A program made the position numbers and the translations under genes. DNA of 61,215 nucleotides from Leptolyngbyaceae cyanobacterium. Its GTDB lineage: Bacteria > Cyanobacteriota > Cyanobacteriia > Phormidesmidales > Phormidesmidaceae. Below the pieces are notes generated by a model. It saw only the letters and a list, made by a program, of their open reading frames with translations, made no database searches and was not told the origin of the DNA. Where the stretch lies: positions 1-61,215 of the forward strand of contig JBHJHA010000064.1 of the NCBI GenBank assembly GCA_050331235.1, read 5' to 3'. Positions within the stretch are counted from its first letter, which is position 1; every line of letters begins with the position of its first letter. Below are positions 59,658-61,215 of this stretch, one piece after another.

Positions 59658-60526
59658 AATCCTGGCAAATTGCAGAAATATTGCTACTGGCGGCGCTGTG
59701 GGGAGGCTCCTTTCTCTTCATGCGGATCGCGGCTCCCGAACTGGGGCCGATCTGGCTCATCGAGTTCAGAGTGCTGATTGCCGGACTAACCCTGCTGCCC
59801 TTGTTGATTCATCAGGGGCATCTCAGCCATACACGACGGCATTGGCGATCGCTCGGGGTGGTCGGGCTGCTCAACTCGGCCCTCCCGTTTTCCCTCCTAG
59901 CATTCACTTCTCTCTCGCTGCCAGCGGGCACTACCGCCATTTTGAACAGTACAGTCCCGTTCTTTGGTGTGGCTGTGGCCTACATTTGGCTACAGGAGCA
60001 ACTCACCCGCAGTCGGCTCTTGGGCTTGCTCTTGGGCTTTACTGGCGTGGTCGTCTTAGTAGGGCTGCGCGACACCGCCCTTACGCCAAACATTTTGGGG
60101 GCAATCGCAACGGGGCTCTGTGCAGCCTTGATGTATGCGATCGCAGCCCCGTTTATCCGGTTAAATCTGACTGGCGTGCCTCCTATCGTCATCGCCACGG
60201 GCAGTCAACTCAGTGCGGCGATATTGCTGTTGCCACTGCTACCCTTCACCCAGCCTAGCCAAGTTCCCTCGACCCAAGCCCTGTTTTCCATTTTGGGACT
60301 GGCTTTACTGTCCACATCCCTGGCATACATTTTGTACTTTCGACTCATCCATGCTGTGGGCTCGACCCAGGCGTTAACGGTTACTTATTTAATTCCGCTG
60401 TTTGCCATCCTATGGGGCACGCTGATTCTCGGGGAAGCTATCACGCCATCAATGGTCGCCGGCGGCACCCTCATCTTGCTAGGTACGGCGATCGCCAACC
60501 AGGTCATCAAACTACCCATCCGCTAA
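59654..60526 (+). CDS. EamA/DMT family transporter
   Basis: LAALWGGSFLFMR...about 10 TMs...VTYLIPLFAILWG; ATGA overlap with ada. Confidence 0.9.
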   Translation: MKSWQIAEILLLAALWGGSFLFMRIAAPELGPIWLIEFRVLIAGLTLLPLLIHQGHLSHTRRHWRSLGVVGLLNSALPFSLLAFTSLSLPAGTTAILNSTVPFFGVAVAYIWLQEQLTRSRLLGLLLGFTGVVVLVGLRDTALTPNILGAIATGLCAALMYAIAAPFIRLNLTGVPPIVIATGSQLSAAILLLPLLPFTQPSQVPSTQALFSILGLALLSTSLAYILYFRLIHAVGSTQALTVTYLIPLFAILWGTLILGEAITPSMVAGGTLILLGTAIANQVIKLPIR

Positions 60527-60843
60527 TGCCACCGCAGTGAACAAGCCGTTGTGCGACCCACAAAGCTCACCCCCGGCTATCGCCGAGATCAGCAAGGTGC
60601 AGGATTCAAGGTGCAAGGAAAAGCTTCGTCACCGACAATCAACGATTGTCAGTGTCCAAACCTGGCGACCACTCGCCAGCTACTCTCAAGGAGTAAATTC
60701 ATAGAAAAAAGTAGACGATGTCTTCCGAGGATTGTCGATTTAATTCCTGAAGCTTGCTCGTACGACTCAGTACACCCTAAGTCAGCCCAAATAGTCTAGC
60801 TAACGGCGATCGCCCTCGGCAAAATCCCCGCACAGTCGTATAA

Positions 60844-60883
60844 CACTGATTTACTACGGGTGCGATCTCGTAGTAAATCAGTG
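60844..60883. terminator. Perfect 15-bp inverted repeat downstream of psbN
   Basis: cactgatttactacg-ggtgcgatct-cgtagtaaatcagtg. Confidence 0.7.
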
Positions 60884-60914
60884 ACGATCACATGGTGTAG
60901 AGTCCACTGAGCGC

Positions 60915-61046
60915 TTAATCCTCATGCTCGTCAAAGGGATCTGCGAGCTGCTTAGCCGGTGGGCCAAACGCTGTGTATACGGCAAATGCGGTGAAGGCCA
61001 CGACGACCGCACCCACGGAAATGATAAGAACTGTTGCAGGCTGCAT
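60915..61046 (-). CDS. psbN: Photosystem biogenesis protein PsbN (43 aa)
   Basis: Manual translation MQPATVLIISVGAVVVAFTAFAVYTAFGPPAKQLADPFDEHED*; below the ORF-track length cutoff. Confidence 0.95.
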   Translation of the reverse strand: MQPATVLIISVGAVVVAFTAFAVYTAFGPPAKQLADPFDEHED

Positions 61047-61215
61047 AGGAACCTGTTTTTGATAACACCTTATCATCCTATAATATTACGGAATATAAAG
61101 TGGCGTATAGGTTCAGGATACAGATGTCACAAAAAACGCGGATGGGCAACTTGCTTAAGCCCCATAACACAAAATACGGTAAAATAAATCACTGATAGAG
61201 CACAACCACGGTCAT

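Larger units (their letters stand above)
1..61215. repeat. HIP1 octamer GCGATCGC dispersed throughout
   Basis: Many exact copies in coding and intergenic DNA (e.g. 12-19, 20821-20828, 44087-44094). Confidence 0.95.

Noticed and set aside
59578..60258. 226-aa alternative-frame ORF
   Set aside because: Overlaps the EamA gene on the same strand and has no recognisable features
60924..61187. 87-aa plus-strand ORF
   Set aside because: Antisense to the clearly recognisable psbN
1..61215. CRISPR array, rRNA, tRNA or IS transposase
   Set aside because: No regularly spaced repeats, structural RNA signatures or transposase ORFs were seen; the recurring GCGATCGC is ordinary HIP1

Overview
Chromosomal window from a cyanobacterium, probably a Leptolyngbya/Nodosilinea-like filamentous lineage. 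The evidence is dense GCGATCGC HIP1 octamers, psbN and cyanobacterial-type nrdJ, gnd, glgX and mntCAB. Housekeeping genes (nrdJ, exbBD, lptABF, glmM, gnd, cysK, mtnA, glgX, murBC, psbN) alternate with accessory genes. The accessory set includes an SPFH/Zn-ribbon pair, a solo DUF2075 nuclease-helicase, an orphan ParA, a metal block (copZ, mntCAB with a ManR-like box, cobalamin riboswitch-hupE-DUF1636-cobW), a PEP-CTERM-like protein, a lactate permease, a Tat multicopper oxidase with a MerR-type promoter, and a vanadium haloperoxidase next to a LuxR-type regulator. The most notable unexplained signals are: (1) two ORF-less minus-strand intergenic elements sharing one architecture (5' hairpin, TCCTTGAGCAC, intrinsic terminator), a candidate sRNA family; (2) the haloperoxidase/LuxR/multicopper oxidase locus; (3) a metallophosphoesterase split by one in-frame TAG; (4) unannotated small ORFs. 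No CRISPR array, rRNA, tRNA or IS element was seen. All family assignments come from motif recognition by eye; no database searches were run.
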